A stretch of 64,000 nt of DNA from Bacteroidota bacterium (GTDB taxonomy: Bacteria > Bacteroidota > Bacteroidia > UBA4408), in the NCBI GenBank assembly GCA_016718805.1, contig JADKCP010000004.1, positions 403,652 to 467,651 on the forward strand, in the 5' to 3' direction. This document shows positions 50,501 to 61,093 of the stretch, in pieces. Under the pieces are notes generated by a model, which searched no databases, was not told where the DNA came from, and saw nothing but the letters and a program-made list of their open reading frames with translations. Each line of letters begins with the position of its first letter. Position 1 is the first letter of the stretch. Position numbers and translations under genes: made by a program.

Positions 50501-52271
50501 TGCGATATGTACAGCTACCTCAGTATGTGCAAACACTCCATTTGATTTAAATTTATCAGGAAGTGCTAATGCTTCCGGGTTAACCTATCAATGGCAAGAA
50601 TCGAGCAATGGAACTAGTTGGCAAAATTTACCAGGAGCTACTTCCATTTTGTATTCCTATTCACAGGTTGCTGCAACTTATTATCGTTGTGAAGTTATTT
50701 GTTCAGGAGTTTCATCTTTTTCAACACCTGTTTTAGTAGGTTTAAATTCGTTTTATACCTGCTATTGTACCAGCGGAGCCACCAGCACAGGAGACGATGA
50801 TATAGGTAATGTTACTTTTGGATTAATGAGTAATGGTATTGCAAGTCCTTCTACTCAAAATCCTACTTCTGTAAATACCTATTCAAATTTCACGAATTTG
50901 CCACCATATAGCTATATACAAACACTTACCTACCCTATTTCAATGACACAAATTAATTTGAATGGATTTTATGTTAATAGTGGGGCTATTTTTATTGATT
51001 TTGACCACGATGGAACATTTGACCCTTCTACCGAATCGGTATTGAGTGGTACTACATCGGCAGGGAATACTACTATAAGTGGCACTTTAACAATCCCTCT
51101 TTCTGCCTTAACCGGAATAACCGGAATGCGTGTTGTAATGAAAGAAACCGCTACCCCTGCAGCCCAGCCTTGTGGAACTTATACTTGGGGTGAAACAGAA
51201 GATTACTTGATAAATATTTTAGCACCCAACTCTTGCACAGTACCGTTTATTGCCGGCTTTGCAAAAACAAGTTCTAGTCTTGTTTGTGCAAGCGATGTAT
51301 TTACATTATCAATTGACAGTTTGCCGCCAGATACTGGATTTACTTTTCAATGGCAACAATCGTTTGACAGCATTAATTGGAGCAATATTGTTGGAGCTAC
51401 TACCCAAATATATAATGGAACACAAAGTTTTAAATCGTGGTACCGCTGTAATGTTACCTGCAATGGGGGAAGTATGGAAAGCTCAATTGCAACTAAAATA
51501 CTGAACAAACCGGTTACTCAGTGTGATTATTGCAACTCCATTATCAATGGGAATTGCAGTACCGATTATTTTATTGACTCATTGGCTATTGGTGGAACAA
51601 CCTTAAATAATGCCAACACTGGTTGTGCTGCCAATGCCGGATTTGCATATTCAAAATATCCGTTCAATGGTAATACAACAGCTGATTTAGGTAGAGGCAA
51701 TTACTACGATTTGTACGTAAAAACTTCGGGGTCTTGCAATATTTCAGTTTGGATAGATTATGATCAAAGTGGAACTTTTGATGCTAAGGAGTGGATTCAG
51801 GTTAGTCAAGCAACCGATTCGGCTGTGGCTACTACTGTTCCTTTAGTATTACCTACCGGCGCAACATTAGGTGCAACCGGACTTCGAATTCGTTCGCGCA
51901 AAGCCGGTAACATAAACATGGCAGCAGATGCTTGTAGCACTTATGGTAGTGGCGAAACTGAGGACTATTACATAAATATAATAGAGGCTATTTCTACCGG
52001 TAAGGAACTAAGTAACGATAAAAATGTTCGCATATATCCCAATCCGGCATCAGGAAATGTAACTTTGGAATATCACTCTGAAGAGGCAAAAACTTTACAG
52101 ATAAAGTTATTAAACGCAACTGGAAGTTGTGTGTTTTCTGAAACTACAGATAAATTTAAAAATAGTTATTCTGCCAAATTATCCTTAGATGATTTTGCTC
52201 CGGGAATTTATTTTGTACAGTTTACTACTGATAAATCTGTAAGTATAAAAAAGCTGATTATTCAAAAATAA
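47580..52271 (+). CDS. Giant T9SS cargo protein of 1563 aa. Architecture: signal peptide, a unique N-terminal domain, then about 5 repeats of an Ig-like module plus a module ending in GxGETEDY (GEVED-like), then a T9SS type-A CTD.
   Basis: Repeated CTAPPTAG...YRCIVTC and ...PCGTY(x)xGETEDY(I/L)(V/I) blocks. The C-terminus is VRIYPNPASGNVTLEYHSEEAKTLQIKLLNATGS...GIYFVQFTTDKSVSIKKLIIQK. Confidence 0.8.
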   Translation: MKKLRSSLKLILALVLCLGVKQASSQITVSTTNTFTNNNGSGTVTFNFENTNTSDIIITDIEGITGSSGTFSVDFWYKTTPVNGAPGAISVANGWTLVATGTITGVANTISTTTQSFFSGLNFNVPAGALYGFAVSAYNGTAGVQRYHTIVAPNLPTVTMSAGGCNIITGTNIGYGGGAPPTAPGNTPRGWLGSISFIPAIPCTAPPTAGMTISNDSTVCPNTNFTLGLTGNTLASGLSYQWLSSSNNTSWTPISGATNINYNTSQLTNTYYRCIVTCNSVSDTSSSVFITTNSFINCYCTSNPTSAAGSDIGNLAVASLNNGVAGAATNNPASTGTYTDYTSLPPTALTQGASYPLAITQINSAGFTVNFATVHIDFDHDGIFDPVTETFAIGASNAAAGGNIINGNIAIPFTALTGQTRMRVKLQAGGSATQSPCGTYGTGETEDYIVSIAAGSPCTAPPTAGTTMSSLSSVCPSTSVTISLSGNSIGTGQTYVWESSPNGTNWTTVNGVSSTFFIATITNTIQYRCIVTCSGQSATSTPVVVTINPPSLCYCVTGLGGGNCGGNLITTVEITGTTLNSVSADTCTFTTGNTLTVYPPTGATTATLIQGVTYDLNVTLSASSIVSVWIDYDRNGIYAASEWQQVAVTSTSGTPNTIQINVPFSSGLGQTGMRVRSRGVGNTNGAPDACTNFGSGESEDYVITIIPNTPCAGTPIAGTTVSSVVSACPNVPFSLSLSGNTLASGLTYQWQNSTNNVLWNSITGATNVGYSTTQVADYYYRCIVSCGAASDTSTALLVTTNSFFTCYCASNATDPADSDIGNVSIGSLNNGNPNPATNNSTATSTYTSYSNVSPPVLLKGLNYPISVTQINQLAFLACNLKVYIDYNQDGIYDTATEEVLNGQSNANLGGNVMSGNVQIPTTASSGLTGMRVVLVEGTFSTVTPCGTYFNGETEDYIVEIQTPLPCSTPPAAGTAICTATSVCANTPFDLNLSGSANASGLTYQWQESSNGTSWQNLPGATSILYSYSQVAATYYRCEVICSGVSSFSTPVLVGLNSFYTCYCTSGATSTGDDDIGNVTFGLMSNGIASPSTQNPTSVNTYSNFTNLPPYSYIQTLTYPISMTQINLNGFYVNSGAIFIDFDHDGTFDPSTESVLSGTTSAGNTTISGTLTIPLSALTGITGMRVVMKETATPAAQPCGTYTWGETEDYLINILAPNSCTVPFIAGFAKTSSSLVCASDVFTLSIDSLPPDTGFTFQWQQSFDSINWSNIVGATTQIYNGTQSFKSWYRCNVTCNGGSMESSIATKILNKPVTQCDYCNSIINGNCSTDYFIDSLAIGGTTLNNANTGCAANAGFAYSKYPFNGNTTADLGRGNYYDLYVKTSGSCNISVWIDYDQSGTFDAKEWIQVSQATDSAVATTVPLVLPTGATLGATGLRIRSRKAGNINMAADACSTYGSGETEDYYINIIEAISTGKELSNDKNVRIYPNPASGNVTLEYHSEEAKTLQIKLLNATGSCVFSETTDKFKNSYSAKLSLDDFAPGIYFVQFTTDKSVSIKKLIIQK

Positions 52272-52291
52272 CAGAAAAGTCTTCGTGTTTA

Positions 52292-52325
52292 CAAAAAAGT
52301 CCTTATTTTTAAGGACTTTTTTGCT
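52292..52325 (+). terminator. Rho-independent terminator after the first giant gene.
   Basis: AGTCCTTA tttt TAAGGACT followed by TTTTTTGCTTTTA. Confidence 0.7.
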
Positions 52326-52404
52326 TTTATACCCTCAATCAACCATATTTTATTCTTAATTTCAATTGCGGCATACCATCATCAATGATTAACCAACCTT
52401 AACT

Positions 52405-55400
52405 ATGAAAAAAAACTACACTACAAATTATCAAAAAACTAAACTACTTCTGTGCACTTTGCTTGCAATTTTTTTGGTGTCGAGCAACAATGTTATGGCA
52501 CTAATTAACTCATATGGGTTTAGTTCAAGCCTTGGAACCTATGCACCAATAAGCGGTGGAACAATTTTAGGAACCAATACAACCGATGATGAGCGCTTTG
52601 TTGACCCAAACAATTTAGCCGGTAGCACAGCCTTCTTAACAGGAGTTGGTTTTCCAATTGGTTTTAACTTTAGTTACGATGGAGTAATTTACGATGTATT
52701 TGGAGTTAATGCCAATGGATGGATAGTGCTTGGAAACAATGCTCTAGTTGATTTAAATGCTCCTAACTATGGACCAATTTCGGGAGCCGGTGGAACAAAC
52801 GTTATTGCAGCATTGGCCCGTGATATACAGGCTCAAACCGGTGCTAGCATCGAATTTAAAACCATAGGAATTGCTCCTAATCAAACATTGGTTGTGCAAT
52901 GGAATAATTACAAGAAATATGGAACTAATGGAACCAACGATACGATTAATTTTCAAATTCGATTAAACGAAAGTAGCAATTCAATACAATGTGTTTATGG
53001 AAGCATTTTATTAAATTCCAACACAGCCGATGCCCAAGTAGGTTTAAGAGGAATTGACCCTACTGATTACAATAACCGTGAAACTACTACCAACTGGGGA
53101 GCTACCGTTTTAGGAACTTCTAATTCGGCCATTTGTGCATTTTCAAGTACCGTATTTCCTTTAAACGGTACAACTTTTACTTGGACAATTCCATTACCTT
53201 GCAGTGGTACACCAACTGCAGGAACGGCACTTTCATCGGTAACCAATTCTTGTCCGGGTACTCCTTTTGCTTTATCGCTTACAGGAAATACAGTTGCATC
53301 GGCGTTAAGCTATCAATGGCAAATTTCACCCAACGGATCATCTTGGACGAATATAACCGGAGCCACTGCTTTAAATCAATCAATGACACAATCATCGCCA
53401 AACTTTTACCGATGTGTGGTTACTTGTGTTGGGGTTTCTGATACCTCGAGTCAAGTTTATGTTGGCACCAATTCATTTATTACCTGCTATTGCACATCAG
53501 GAGCTACCAGTACTTTTGATGACGATATCGGAAATGTAACATTCGGCTCAATCAACAATGGAGTCGGTACACCTGCAACGCAAAATTCAAGCTCAACGAA
53601 TACCTATACCGATTTTACTAATTTGCCTGTACAAACATTTTTACAAGGAATTAATTATCCGATATCAATAACGCAAATTAATTCAGCAGGCTTTTATGCA
53701 TGTAGAATTGCTGCATTTATTGATTACGATCAAAATGGTGTATTTGATACAACATCTGAAAAAATTTATACCGGAGTTACCAATGCGAATGTGGGTGGTA
53801 ACGTAGTTTCAGGAACAGTAACGATTCCTTTAACTTCAACTCCCGGAAATACATTAATGCGTGTTGTTTTATTAGAAGGACTTTTCAATACCATGGATCC
53901 TTGTGGTACTTATACTTGGGGAGAAACAGAAGACTATATGGTAAATATTCAAGCTGCTGTGCCTTGTACTGCGCCTCCAACTGCAGGTATGGCTTATGCG
54001 AACGATTCTACAGTTTGTCCTTCGGTTAACTACAATTTAAATTTATCAGGAAGTTCTATCGCTTCCGGATTGAGTTATCAGTGGGAAAAATCAAGCAATG
54101 GAACAACTTGGGCTGCTGTCTCTGGTGCCACTGCAATAAACTACCAAACCTCACAAACCAGCGATAATTATTACCGTTGTATCGTAACTTGTTTAGGTGT
54201 TCCCGATACTTCTACCGTTGTGTTCATTTCAACCAATAGCTTCACCACCTGTTATTGTACTTCCAATGCCACCGACCCTGCCGATAGCGATATTGGAAAT
54301 GTGAGTTTGGGTGCTCTCAACAATGGAAATCCAAATCCTGCAGTTAATAATACAAATGCTACTGCTACTTACACCAATTATACCTCGGTTACAGCTCCGG
54401 TATTGTTGCAAGGAATTAATTATCCCATTTCGATCACCCAAATCAGCCAGTTTAATTTTAATGCTTGCAATGTTAAAGCCTATATCGACTACAATCAAAA
54501 CGGTATTTATGACCCGGCTACAGAAGAGGTTTTTTCAAACCAAACAACTTCTAACCAAGGGGGAAATGTGGTGAGTGGAGTTATTACCATTCCGCTTACT
54601 GCATTAAACGGACTTACCGGCATGCGTGTAGTGATGGTAGAAGGAACTTTTAACACGGTAACACCTTGTGGTACATATTTTAATGGTGAAACCGAAGATT
54701 ATGTTGTAGACATTCAAACTCCGTTGCCGTGTACTACCCCACCTGTTGCTGGTATTGCGGTAAGTTCGGCCCCATCGGTTTGCGCTAACGCACCATTTGA
54801 TTTAAATTTAACCGGTAGTGCAAATGCCTCAGGTTTAACCTATCAATGGCAAGAATCGAGCAATGGTACTACCTGGAATGACATCGTGGGAGCTACTTCA
54901 ATTCTTTACTCTTACGCACAGCTTATAGCAACCCATTACCGATGTGTAGTTACCTGCAGCGGTATTCAGTCAAACTCTACACCTGTATTGGTTGGCATGA
55001 ATTCATTTTTTAGCTGCTACTGCACCAGTGGCGCTACCAGCACCGGTGACGACGATATTGGAAATGTAACATTTGGCTTATTGAATAATGGAGTAGCTAG
55101 CCCTGCTACCCAAAATCCAACTTCGGTAAATACTTACTCCGATTTTACCAACTTACCGCCTTATAGCTACATACAAACTTTGACCTATCCAATGTCGATG
55201 ACACAAATTAATTTGAATGGATTTTATGTGTGCAGCGGAGCTATTTTTATTGATTTTGACCACGATGGAACATTTGACCCTTCTACCGAGTCAGTATTGA
55301 GCGGTACTACTTCTGCCGGAAATACAACCATTAGCGGAACTTTAACTATTCCTTTAACTGCAGCAACCGGTATAACAGCCATGCGTGTGGTGTTGAAAGA

Positions 55401-56358
55401 AGGTGCCAATCCTGCTGCACAACCTTGCGGAACCTATACCTGGGGTGAAACAGAAGATTACCTCATCAATATTTTAGCACCTAACTCTTGCACTGTACCT
55501 TTCATTGCAGGATTTGCTAAAACAAATTCGAACTTGGTGTGTGCTTCAGATATCTTTACTTTATCGCTTGATAGCTTGCCTCCAGATACTGGTTTTACTT
55601 TTCAGTGGCAACAATCGTTTGATAGCATTAACTGGAACAACATAGCAGGTGCAACTGTTCAAATTTACAGCGGTTCGCAAAGCTTTAATTCATGGTATCG
55701 TTGCAACGTTACCTGCAATGGTGGAACCATGGAAAGCTCTGTTGCAACCAAGGTAATGAACAAACCTGTAACACAATGTGATTATTGCAATTCAAGCATC
55801 AGCGGAAACTGCAGCACCGATTATTTTATTGATTCCTTAGCTATTGGAGGTACTACCTTTAACAATGCCAACACAGGCTGTGCTGCCAATGCAGGATTTG
55901 CCTATTCAAGATATCCAATAAACGGTAATACTACTGCGGATTTAGGACGTGGAAATTACTTCGATTTGTATGTAAAAACTTCGGGATCATGTAATATTTC
56001 AGTATGGTTGGATTATGACCAAAGCGGAACTTTTGATGCCAACGAATGGATACAGGTTAGTCAGGCAACTGATTCTGCTGTTACTACTACTGTGCCTTTA
56101 GTATTACCTGCCGGAGCTCAACTGGGTGCAACCGGTATGCGTGTGCGTTCACGCAAAGCCGGAAACATAAACTTAGGGGCTGATGCTTGCACCAATTACG
56201 GTAGTGGTGAAACAGAAGATTATTATGTAAACGTTGTGGAAGCTATTTCAACAGGTAAGGAGTTAAGCAACGATAAAAATGTGCGCATTTATCCAAACCC
56301 TGCATCAGGATTTGTTACGGTTGAGTACCGTTCAGAAGAGGCAAAGAGTTACAAATAA
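52405..56358 (+). CDS. Second giant paralog of at least 1317 aa, built from Ig-like plus GETEDY modules. The ORF stops inside what should be the T9SS CTD.
   Basis: Same modular repeats as the first giant gene. The C-terminal ~550 aa are about 85-90% identical to 47580..52271. It ends ...RIYPNPASGFVTVEYRSEEAKSYK*. Confidence 0.75.
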   Translation: MKKNYTTNYQKTKLLLCTLLAIFLVSSNNVMALINSYGFSSSLGTYAPISGGTILGTNTTDDERFVDPNNLAGSTAFLTGVGFPIGFNFSYDGVIYDVFGVNANGWIVLGNNALVDLNAPNYGPISGAGGTNVIAALARDIQAQTGASIEFKTIGIAPNQTLVVQWNNYKKYGTNGTNDTINFQIRLNESSNSIQCVYGSILLNSNTADAQVGLRGIDPTDYNNRETTTNWGATVLGTSNSAICAFSSTVFPLNGTTFTWTIPLPCSGTPTAGTALSSVTNSCPGTPFALSLTGNTVASALSYQWQISPNGSSWTNITGATALNQSMTQSSPNFYRCVVTCVGVSDTSSQVYVGTNSFITCYCTSGATSTFDDDIGNVTFGSINNGVGTPATQNSSSTNTYTDFTNLPVQTFLQGINYPISITQINSAGFYACRIAAFIDYDQNGVFDTTSEKIYTGVTNANVGGNVVSGTVTIPLTSTPGNTLMRVVLLEGLFNTMDPCGTYTWGETEDYMVNIQAAVPCTAPPTAGMAYANDSTVCPSVNYNLNLSGSSIASGLSYQWEKSSNGTTWAAVSGATAINYQTSQTSDNYYRCIVTCLGVPDTSTVVFISTNSFTTCYCTSNATDPADSDIGNVSLGALNNGNPNPAVNNTNATATYTNYTSVTAPVLLQGINYPISITQISQFNFNACNVKAYIDYNQNGIYDPATEEVFSNQTTSNQGGNVVSGVITIPLTALNGLTGMRVVMVEGTFNTVTPCGTYFNGETEDYVVDIQTPLPCTTPPVAGIAVSSAPSVCANAPFDLNLTGSANASGLTYQWQESSNGTTWNDIVGATSILYSYAQLIATHYRCVVTCSGIQSNSTPVLVGMNSFFSCYCTSGATSTGDDDIGNVTFGLLNNGVASPATQNPTSVNTYSDFTNLPPYSYIQTLTYPMSMTQINLNGFYVCSGAIFIDFDHDGTFDPSTESVLSGTTSAGNTTISGTLTIPLTAATGITAMRVVLKEGANPAAQPCGTYTWGETEDYLINILAPNSCTVPFIAGFAKTNSNLVCASDIFTLSLDSLPPDTGFTFQWQQSFDSINWNNIAGATVQIYSGSQSFNSWYRCNVTCNGGTMESSVATKVMNKPVTQCDYCNSSISGNCSTDYFIDSLAIGGTTFNNANTGCAANAGFAYSRYPINGNTTADLGRGNYFDLYVKTSGSCNISVWLDYDQSGTFDANEWIQVSQATDSAVTTTVPLVLPAGAQLGATGMRVRSRKAGNINLGADACTNYGSGETEDYYVNVVEAISTGKELSNDKNVRIYPNPASGFVTVEYRSEEAKSYK

Positions 56359-56517
56359 AACTCATGAATCCTGAGGGAAGAGTGATTTATACTGAAAGCA
56401 ACGATAAATTCAAAGCTATTCACACAAATTAAATGTAAACGACCTGGCGCGTGGAATTTACTTTGTGCAATTCATTAGTGATAAGCAAGTGCTTACTAAG
56501 AAGGTAGTACTTAATTA
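56359..56517 (+). pseudogene. Out-of-frame remnant of the T9SS C-terminal sorting domain of gene 52405..56358, with two frameshifts.
   Basis: Alternative frames read ELQIKLMNPEGRVIYTESNDKFKAIHTN* and then KLNVNDLARGIYFVQFISDKQVLTKKVVLN*. These align to KTLQIKLLNATGSCVFSETTDKFKNSYSAKLSLDDFAPGIYFVQFTTDKSVSIKKLIIQK of the paralog. Confidence 0.7.
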
Positions 56518-56536
56518 AAAAAAACAAAGCAACATA

Positions 56537-56578
56537 AACAAGGGCTGGGTTAATTGACTCAGCCCTTGTTTTATTTTA
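56537..56578 (+). terminator. Rho-independent terminator.
   Basis: AACAAGGGCTG ggttaattgact CAGCCCTTGTT followed by TTATTTTAT. Confidence 0.7.
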
Positions 56579-56607
56579 TATTTTTGCACTCCATTTTTAT
56601 AATAGCA

Positions 56608-57996
56608 ATGAGCAGAACAAAAATTTGTGATTTACTGGTATCAAGCGAATACCAAAAGGATGTAACCGTTAAGGGTTGGGTGCGCACCAAAAGAGGCAAT
56701 AAAAATGTTGCCTTTATTGCCGTAAATGATGGTTCCACTATACATACCATTCAGGCAGTTGTTGATGTTGCTCAATTTGATGAAGAAATTTTAAAATTAA
56801 TTACTACAGGTTCTTGTGTTAAAATTGACGGATTATTGGTGCAATCGCAAGGACAGGGACAATCGGTTGAAATACAAGCAAAAAATATTGAAGTTTACGG
56901 CACTGCCGATGCCGAAACATATCCCCTACAAAAAAAGGGACACACTTTGGAGTTTTTACGCGAAATAGCGCACCTTCGTCCGCGTACCAATACCTTTGGC
57001 GCTGTGTTGCGTATACGGCATCACATGGCTTTTGCCATACACAATTATTTTAATTCGAAAGGATTTTTTTATTTGCATACTCCCATTATTACTGGTTCTG
57101 ATGCAGAAGGAGCAGGTGAAATGTTTCATGTTACCAATTTTGACATTGCCAATCCTCCTAAAAATGAGGATGGAACAATCAATTATGCAGAAGATTTTTT
57201 TGGGAAAGAAACCAACCTTACTGTTTCAGGTCAATTAGAAGGTGAGTTGGGAGCTATGGCACTTTCTCAAATTTATACGTTTGGCCCCACCTTTAGAGCC
57301 GAAAATTCGAATACAGCCCGACACCTTGCTGAATTTTGGATGATTGAACCCGAAATGGCATTTTACGAGTTGGAAGACAACATGAATTTGGTGGAAGATT
57401 TTTTAAAATATTTGATTGGATATTGTTTGCAACACTGTAAAGATGATTTGGAGTTTTTGAACAAAATGTACGACACCGAACTTATTCAACGTTTACAAAT
57501 GGTGCAATCTACAGCGTTTGAACGACTTACTTATACAGCTGCCATTGAGATTTTAAAAGCAAGCAAACATCCTTTTGAATACCCTGTTGATTGGGGAACA
57601 GATTTGCAGTCGGAACATGAGCGCTATTTGGTAGAGAAACACTTTAAAAAACCGGTTATTTTAACCAATTATCCAAAGCATATAAAAGCGTTTTACATGA
57701 AGCAGGATGAAGATGGGAAAACTGTGCGTGCTATGGATGTTTTGTTTCCCGGAATTGACGAAATAGTTGGAGGTTCGCAGCGTGAAGACAACTATGAAAA
57801 ATTACTCAACCGTGTACGCGAAATGGGAATCCCTGAAAAAGATATTTGGTGGTATTTAGAAACACGCAAATTTGGAACGGCTCCACACAGTGGATTTGGA
57901 TTGGGTTTTGAGCGATTAATTTTGTTTGTTACAGGCATGAGTAATATCCGCGATGTAATTCCTTTTCCACGTACACCTAAAAATGCAGAATTTTAA
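56608..57996 (+). CDS. asnS: Asparaginyl-tRNA synthetase.
   Basis: [10 protein letters not shown]... contains class II aaRS motifs [21 protein letters not shown] and GGSQRE. The start is taken at the internal Met of ORF 56554..57996. Confidence 0.9.
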   Translation: MSRTKICDLLVSSEYQKDVTVKGWVRTKRGNKNVAFIAVNDGSTIHTIQAVVDVAQFDEEILKLITTGSCVKIDGLLVQSQGQGQSVEIQAKNIEVYGTADAETYPLQKKGHTLEFLREIAHLRPRTNTFGAVLRIRHHMAFAIHNYFNSKGFFYLHTPIITGSDAEGAGEMFHVTNFDIANPPKNEDGTINYAEDFFGKETNLTVSGQLEGELGAMALSQIYTFGPTFRAENSNTARHLAEFWMIEPEMAFYELEDNMNLVEDFLKYLIGYCLQHCKDDLEFLNKMYDTELIQRLQMVQSTAFERLTYTAAIEILKASKHPFEYPVDWGTDLQSEHERYLVEKHFKKPVILTNYPKHIKAFYMKQDEDGKTVRAMDVLFPGIDEIVGGSQREDNYEKLLNRVREMGIPEKDIWWYLETRKFGTAPHSGFGLGFERLILFVTGMSNIRDVIPFPRTPKNAEF

Positions 57997-58124
57997 GAAC
58001 AAAATAGTTTGAAAAAGCTATTTTTGGAGGAATATAATTTTGGTGAAAGAATGGTGTTAATTAGCAAGAGTCTTCTAACTCCAAACAAAAAAACTATCCC
58101 AATTAAAAATATAATCGTTACAAC

Positions 58125-59108
58125 ATGAAAACAGTACAGTTTAGAGAAGCACTTCGGGAAGCCATGAATGAAGAAATGCGCCGGGATGAAAAGATATTTT
58201 TGATGGGCGAGGAAGTTGCTGAATACAATGGTGCTTACAAAGTTAGTCAAGGTATGCTGGCTGAATTTGGTGCCAAACGTGTAATCGATACCCCAATTGC
58301 AGAGCTTGGTTTTGCCGGAATTGCGGTAGGTGCAGCAATGAATGGATTACGTCCAATTGTAGAGTTTATGACATTTAACTTTTCACTCGTTGCAATTGAT
58401 CAAGTAATAAACTCGGCTGCAAAAATGATGAGTATGAGCGGCGGTCAATTTACTGTTCCCATTGTTTTTAGAGGACCAACCGGTTCGGCCGGAATGCTTA
58501 GTTCGCAGCACTCTCAAGCATTTGAGAGCTGGTATGCCAACTGTCCCGGATTAAAAGTGGTAGTTCCTTCTAATCCTGCAGATGCTAAAGGCCTTTTAAA
58601 ATCGGCTATTCGCGATAACGATCCGGTTATTTTTATGGAGAGCGAGCAAATGTATGGCGATAAAGGTGAAATTCCGGAAGGAGAATATTTAATACCTATT
58701 GGAGTTGCCGATATTAAACGTGAAGGGAAAGATGTTACGATTGTTTCGTTCGGAAAAATTATGAAAGTTGCTTTGGCAGCTGCTGCCGAATTAGCCAATG
58801 AAGGGATACAAGCCGAAGTAATCGATTTACGTACTGTACGCCCAATTGATTATGCCACTGTTATTAATTCAGTAAAAAAGACCAATCGTTTGGTTGTTGT
58901 TGAAGAGGCATGGCCACTAGCGTCAATTGCTTCCGAAATTGCTTTCAAAGTTCAAAAAGATGCATTCGATTATTTGGATGCTCCTGTTTTACGTGTTACT
59001 TCTGCCGATGTACCTTTGCCCTATGCTCCAACTTTAATTGATGCAGCTTTGCCTAATGTAAGCAGAGTAGTTAAAGCTGTAAAACAAGTATTGTATGTAG
59101 CTAAATAA
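58125..59108 (+). CDS. 2-oxoacid (pyruvate or branched-chain) dehydrogenase E1 component, beta subunit.
   Basis: 327 aa with transketolase-like pyrimidine-binding and C-terminal domains ([19 protein letters not shown]...[25 protein letters not shown]). Confidence 0.85.
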   Translation: MKTVQFREALREAMNEEMRRDEKIFLMGEEVAEYNGAYKVSQGMLAEFGAKRVIDTPIAELGFAGIAVGAAMNGLRPIVEFMTFNFSLVAIDQVINSAAKMMSMSGGQFTVPIVFRGPTGSAGMLSSQHSQAFESWYANCPGLKVVVPSNPADAKGLLKSAIRDNDPVIFMESEQMYGDKGEIPEGEYLIPIGVADIKREGKDVTIVSFGKIMKVALAAAAELANEGIQAEVIDLRTVRPIDYATVINSVKKTNRLVVVEEAWPLASIASEIAFKVQKDAFDYLDAPVLRVTSADVPLPYAPTLIDAALPNVSRVVKAVKQVLYVAK

Positions 59109-59153
59109 GCTGCTATCGCTTACCTAATCAAATTAATAGTACCCATCTAAATT

Positions 59154-60980
59154 ATGAAAAAACATTTTTATTACCTAACTGCATTAACTGTAGCCTTAGT
59201 TTCTTGCAAGAATTCATCAACCAGCACCGACAAAAACGCTTTGCTGCAACAACAAGCTCAAAGTTATTTGAATTCCTACAATGCCGAATATCAGCGCCTA
59301 TCAATAGTAGCCAACGAAGCTTCGTGGAAATCGAACACTTACATTGTTGAAGGCGATACTGCAACAAAAAATGCTACTAACCGAAGCAGTGAAGCAATCG
59401 CTGTGTTTACAGGAAGTAATGCGAATATCGACAGTGCTAAAAAATACCTGGCTGTAAAAGAGCAGTTAACCGATATTCAGGTGAAGCAATTTCAGTTTAT
59501 TTTGTATAACGCTGCCAATAATCCTGAAAGTTTGAAGGACATGGTTAAATCGCGAATTACTGCCGAAACTGAACAAAACGACAAGCTCTTTGGCTACAAT
59601 TTTATGATTGACGGCAAAAAGGTTTCTACGAATGAAATTGATGCGGTTTTATCCACTGAAACAGACATAAAGAAACGCGAAAAAGCATGGGAATCGAGCA
59701 AGCAAGTTGGATTGGTTTTAAAAGACGGATTAGCTAATTTACAACAATTGCGCAACAATACGGTAAAGCCTCTTGGTTATCCTGACTACTTTACCTATCA
59801 GGTTTCGGACTACGGTATGACTACCGAAGAAATGATGAAAATGAACAAGCAAATGATTAAAGACATTTGGCCGTTGTACCGAGAATTACATACTTGGGCG
59901 CGTTATAATTTGGCTGCAAAATATAAAGTAAAAGAAATTCCTGAATATTTACCTGCACATTGGTTGAGCAATCGTTGGGGACAAGATTGGAGCGGACTTG
60001 TTGAAGTAAAAGGTTTAAATCTTGATAGCGTTTTGAAATCGAAAAGTAAGGAGTGGATGGTGGAACAGGCTGAGCGTTTTTATGTGAGTTTAGGAATGCC
60101 GTCTTTACCTAAATCGTTTTATGAAAAATCTAGTTTGTTTCCTGCTCCAGCAGATGCTACTTACAAAAAAAACAACCATGCTTCAGCTTGGCATATGGAT
60201 TACGATCAGGATGTAAGAAGTTTAATGAGTATAGTTCCAAATTCAGAATGGTATGAAACGTTACACCATGAACTGGGACATATTTATTATTATTTGTGTT
60301 ATTCAAATCCGGAGGTTCCTATTATTTTACGCAGTGGAGCCAACCGTGCTTATCATGAAGGTTTTGGAAGTATGATTGGAATGGCTGCTATGCAAAAACC
60401 TTTTTTAGAAGGCTTGAAATTGATACCTGAAAACACGCCTACTGATGATACACAAACCTTGTTAAAAGAGGCTTTAAATTACATTGTATTTATACCTTGG
60501 AGTGCCGGTGTGATGACGAATTTTGAACATGAATTGTATACCAACAATCTTTCAAAAGATGCCTACAACAAAACCTGGTGGGATTTGGTTAAAAAATATC
60601 AAGGAATTGTACCTCCTAACCCGCGTGGAGAAGAGTATTGTGATGCAGCATCTAAAACACATATTAATAACGATGCAGCGCAATATTATGATTATGCTTT
60701 ATCCTACCTATTTATTTTTCAGGTACATGAACACATTGCAAAAAACATTTTACACCAAGACCCACATGCTACCAATTATTATGGCAGTAAAGAAGTAGGA
60801 ACCTTTTTGAAAAACATAATGACTCCGGGTGCCAGCAAAGATTGGAGAGAAGTATTTAAAGCTAACATGGGCGAAGATTTAAGTGCAAAAGCTATGTTAA
60901 ACTATTTTATGCCATTGATGGATTATTTGAAAAAAGAAAATGCAGGTAGGAAATATACATTGCCAGAAACTATTGATTAA
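59154..60980 (+). CDS. M2-family (ACE-like peptidyl-dipeptidase) zinc metallopeptidase, a probable lipoprotein.
   Basis: HHELGHIYYY is an HEXXH motif, and the downstream HEGFGSMIG is like the ACE HEAIGD motif. 608 aa with a lipobox-like LVSCKNS. Confidence 0.6.
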   Translation: MKKHFYYLTALTVALVSCKNSSTSTDKNALLQQQAQSYLNSYNAEYQRLSIVANEASWKSNTYIVEGDTATKNATNRSSEAIAVFTGSNANIDSAKKYLAVKEQLTDIQVKQFQFILYNAANNPESLKDMVKSRITAETEQNDKLFGYNFMIDGKKVSTNEIDAVLSTETDIKKREKAWESSKQVGLVLKDGLANLQQLRNNTVKPLGYPDYFTYQVSDYGMTTEEMMKMNKQMIKDIWPLYRELHTWARYNLAAKYKVKEIPEYLPAHWLSNRWGQDWSGLVEVKGLNLDSVLKSKSKEWMVEQAERFYVSLGMPSLPKSFYEKSSLFPAPADATYKKNNHASAWHMDYDQDVRSLMSIVPNSEWYETLHHELGHIYYYLCYSNPEVPIILRSGANRAYHEGFGSMIGMAAMQKPFLEGLKLIPENTPTDDTQTLLKEALNYIVFIPWSAGVMTNFEHELYTNNLSKDAYNKTWWDLVKKYQGIVPPNPRGEEYCDAASKTHINNDAAQYYDYALSYLFIFQVHEHIAKNILHQDPHATNYYGSKEVGTFLKNIMTPGASKDWREVFKANMGEDLSAKAMLNYFMPLMDYLKKENAGRKYTLPETID

Positions 60981-61093
60981 GTAAATCCAATTTATTCATT
61001 TAGGCCAACAGAAAATAATTTCTCTGTTGGCCTTTTTGTTTATTATTTTTGACTGCCTGAAGTACCTAACTATTAAAATATATAGTTGAACTT

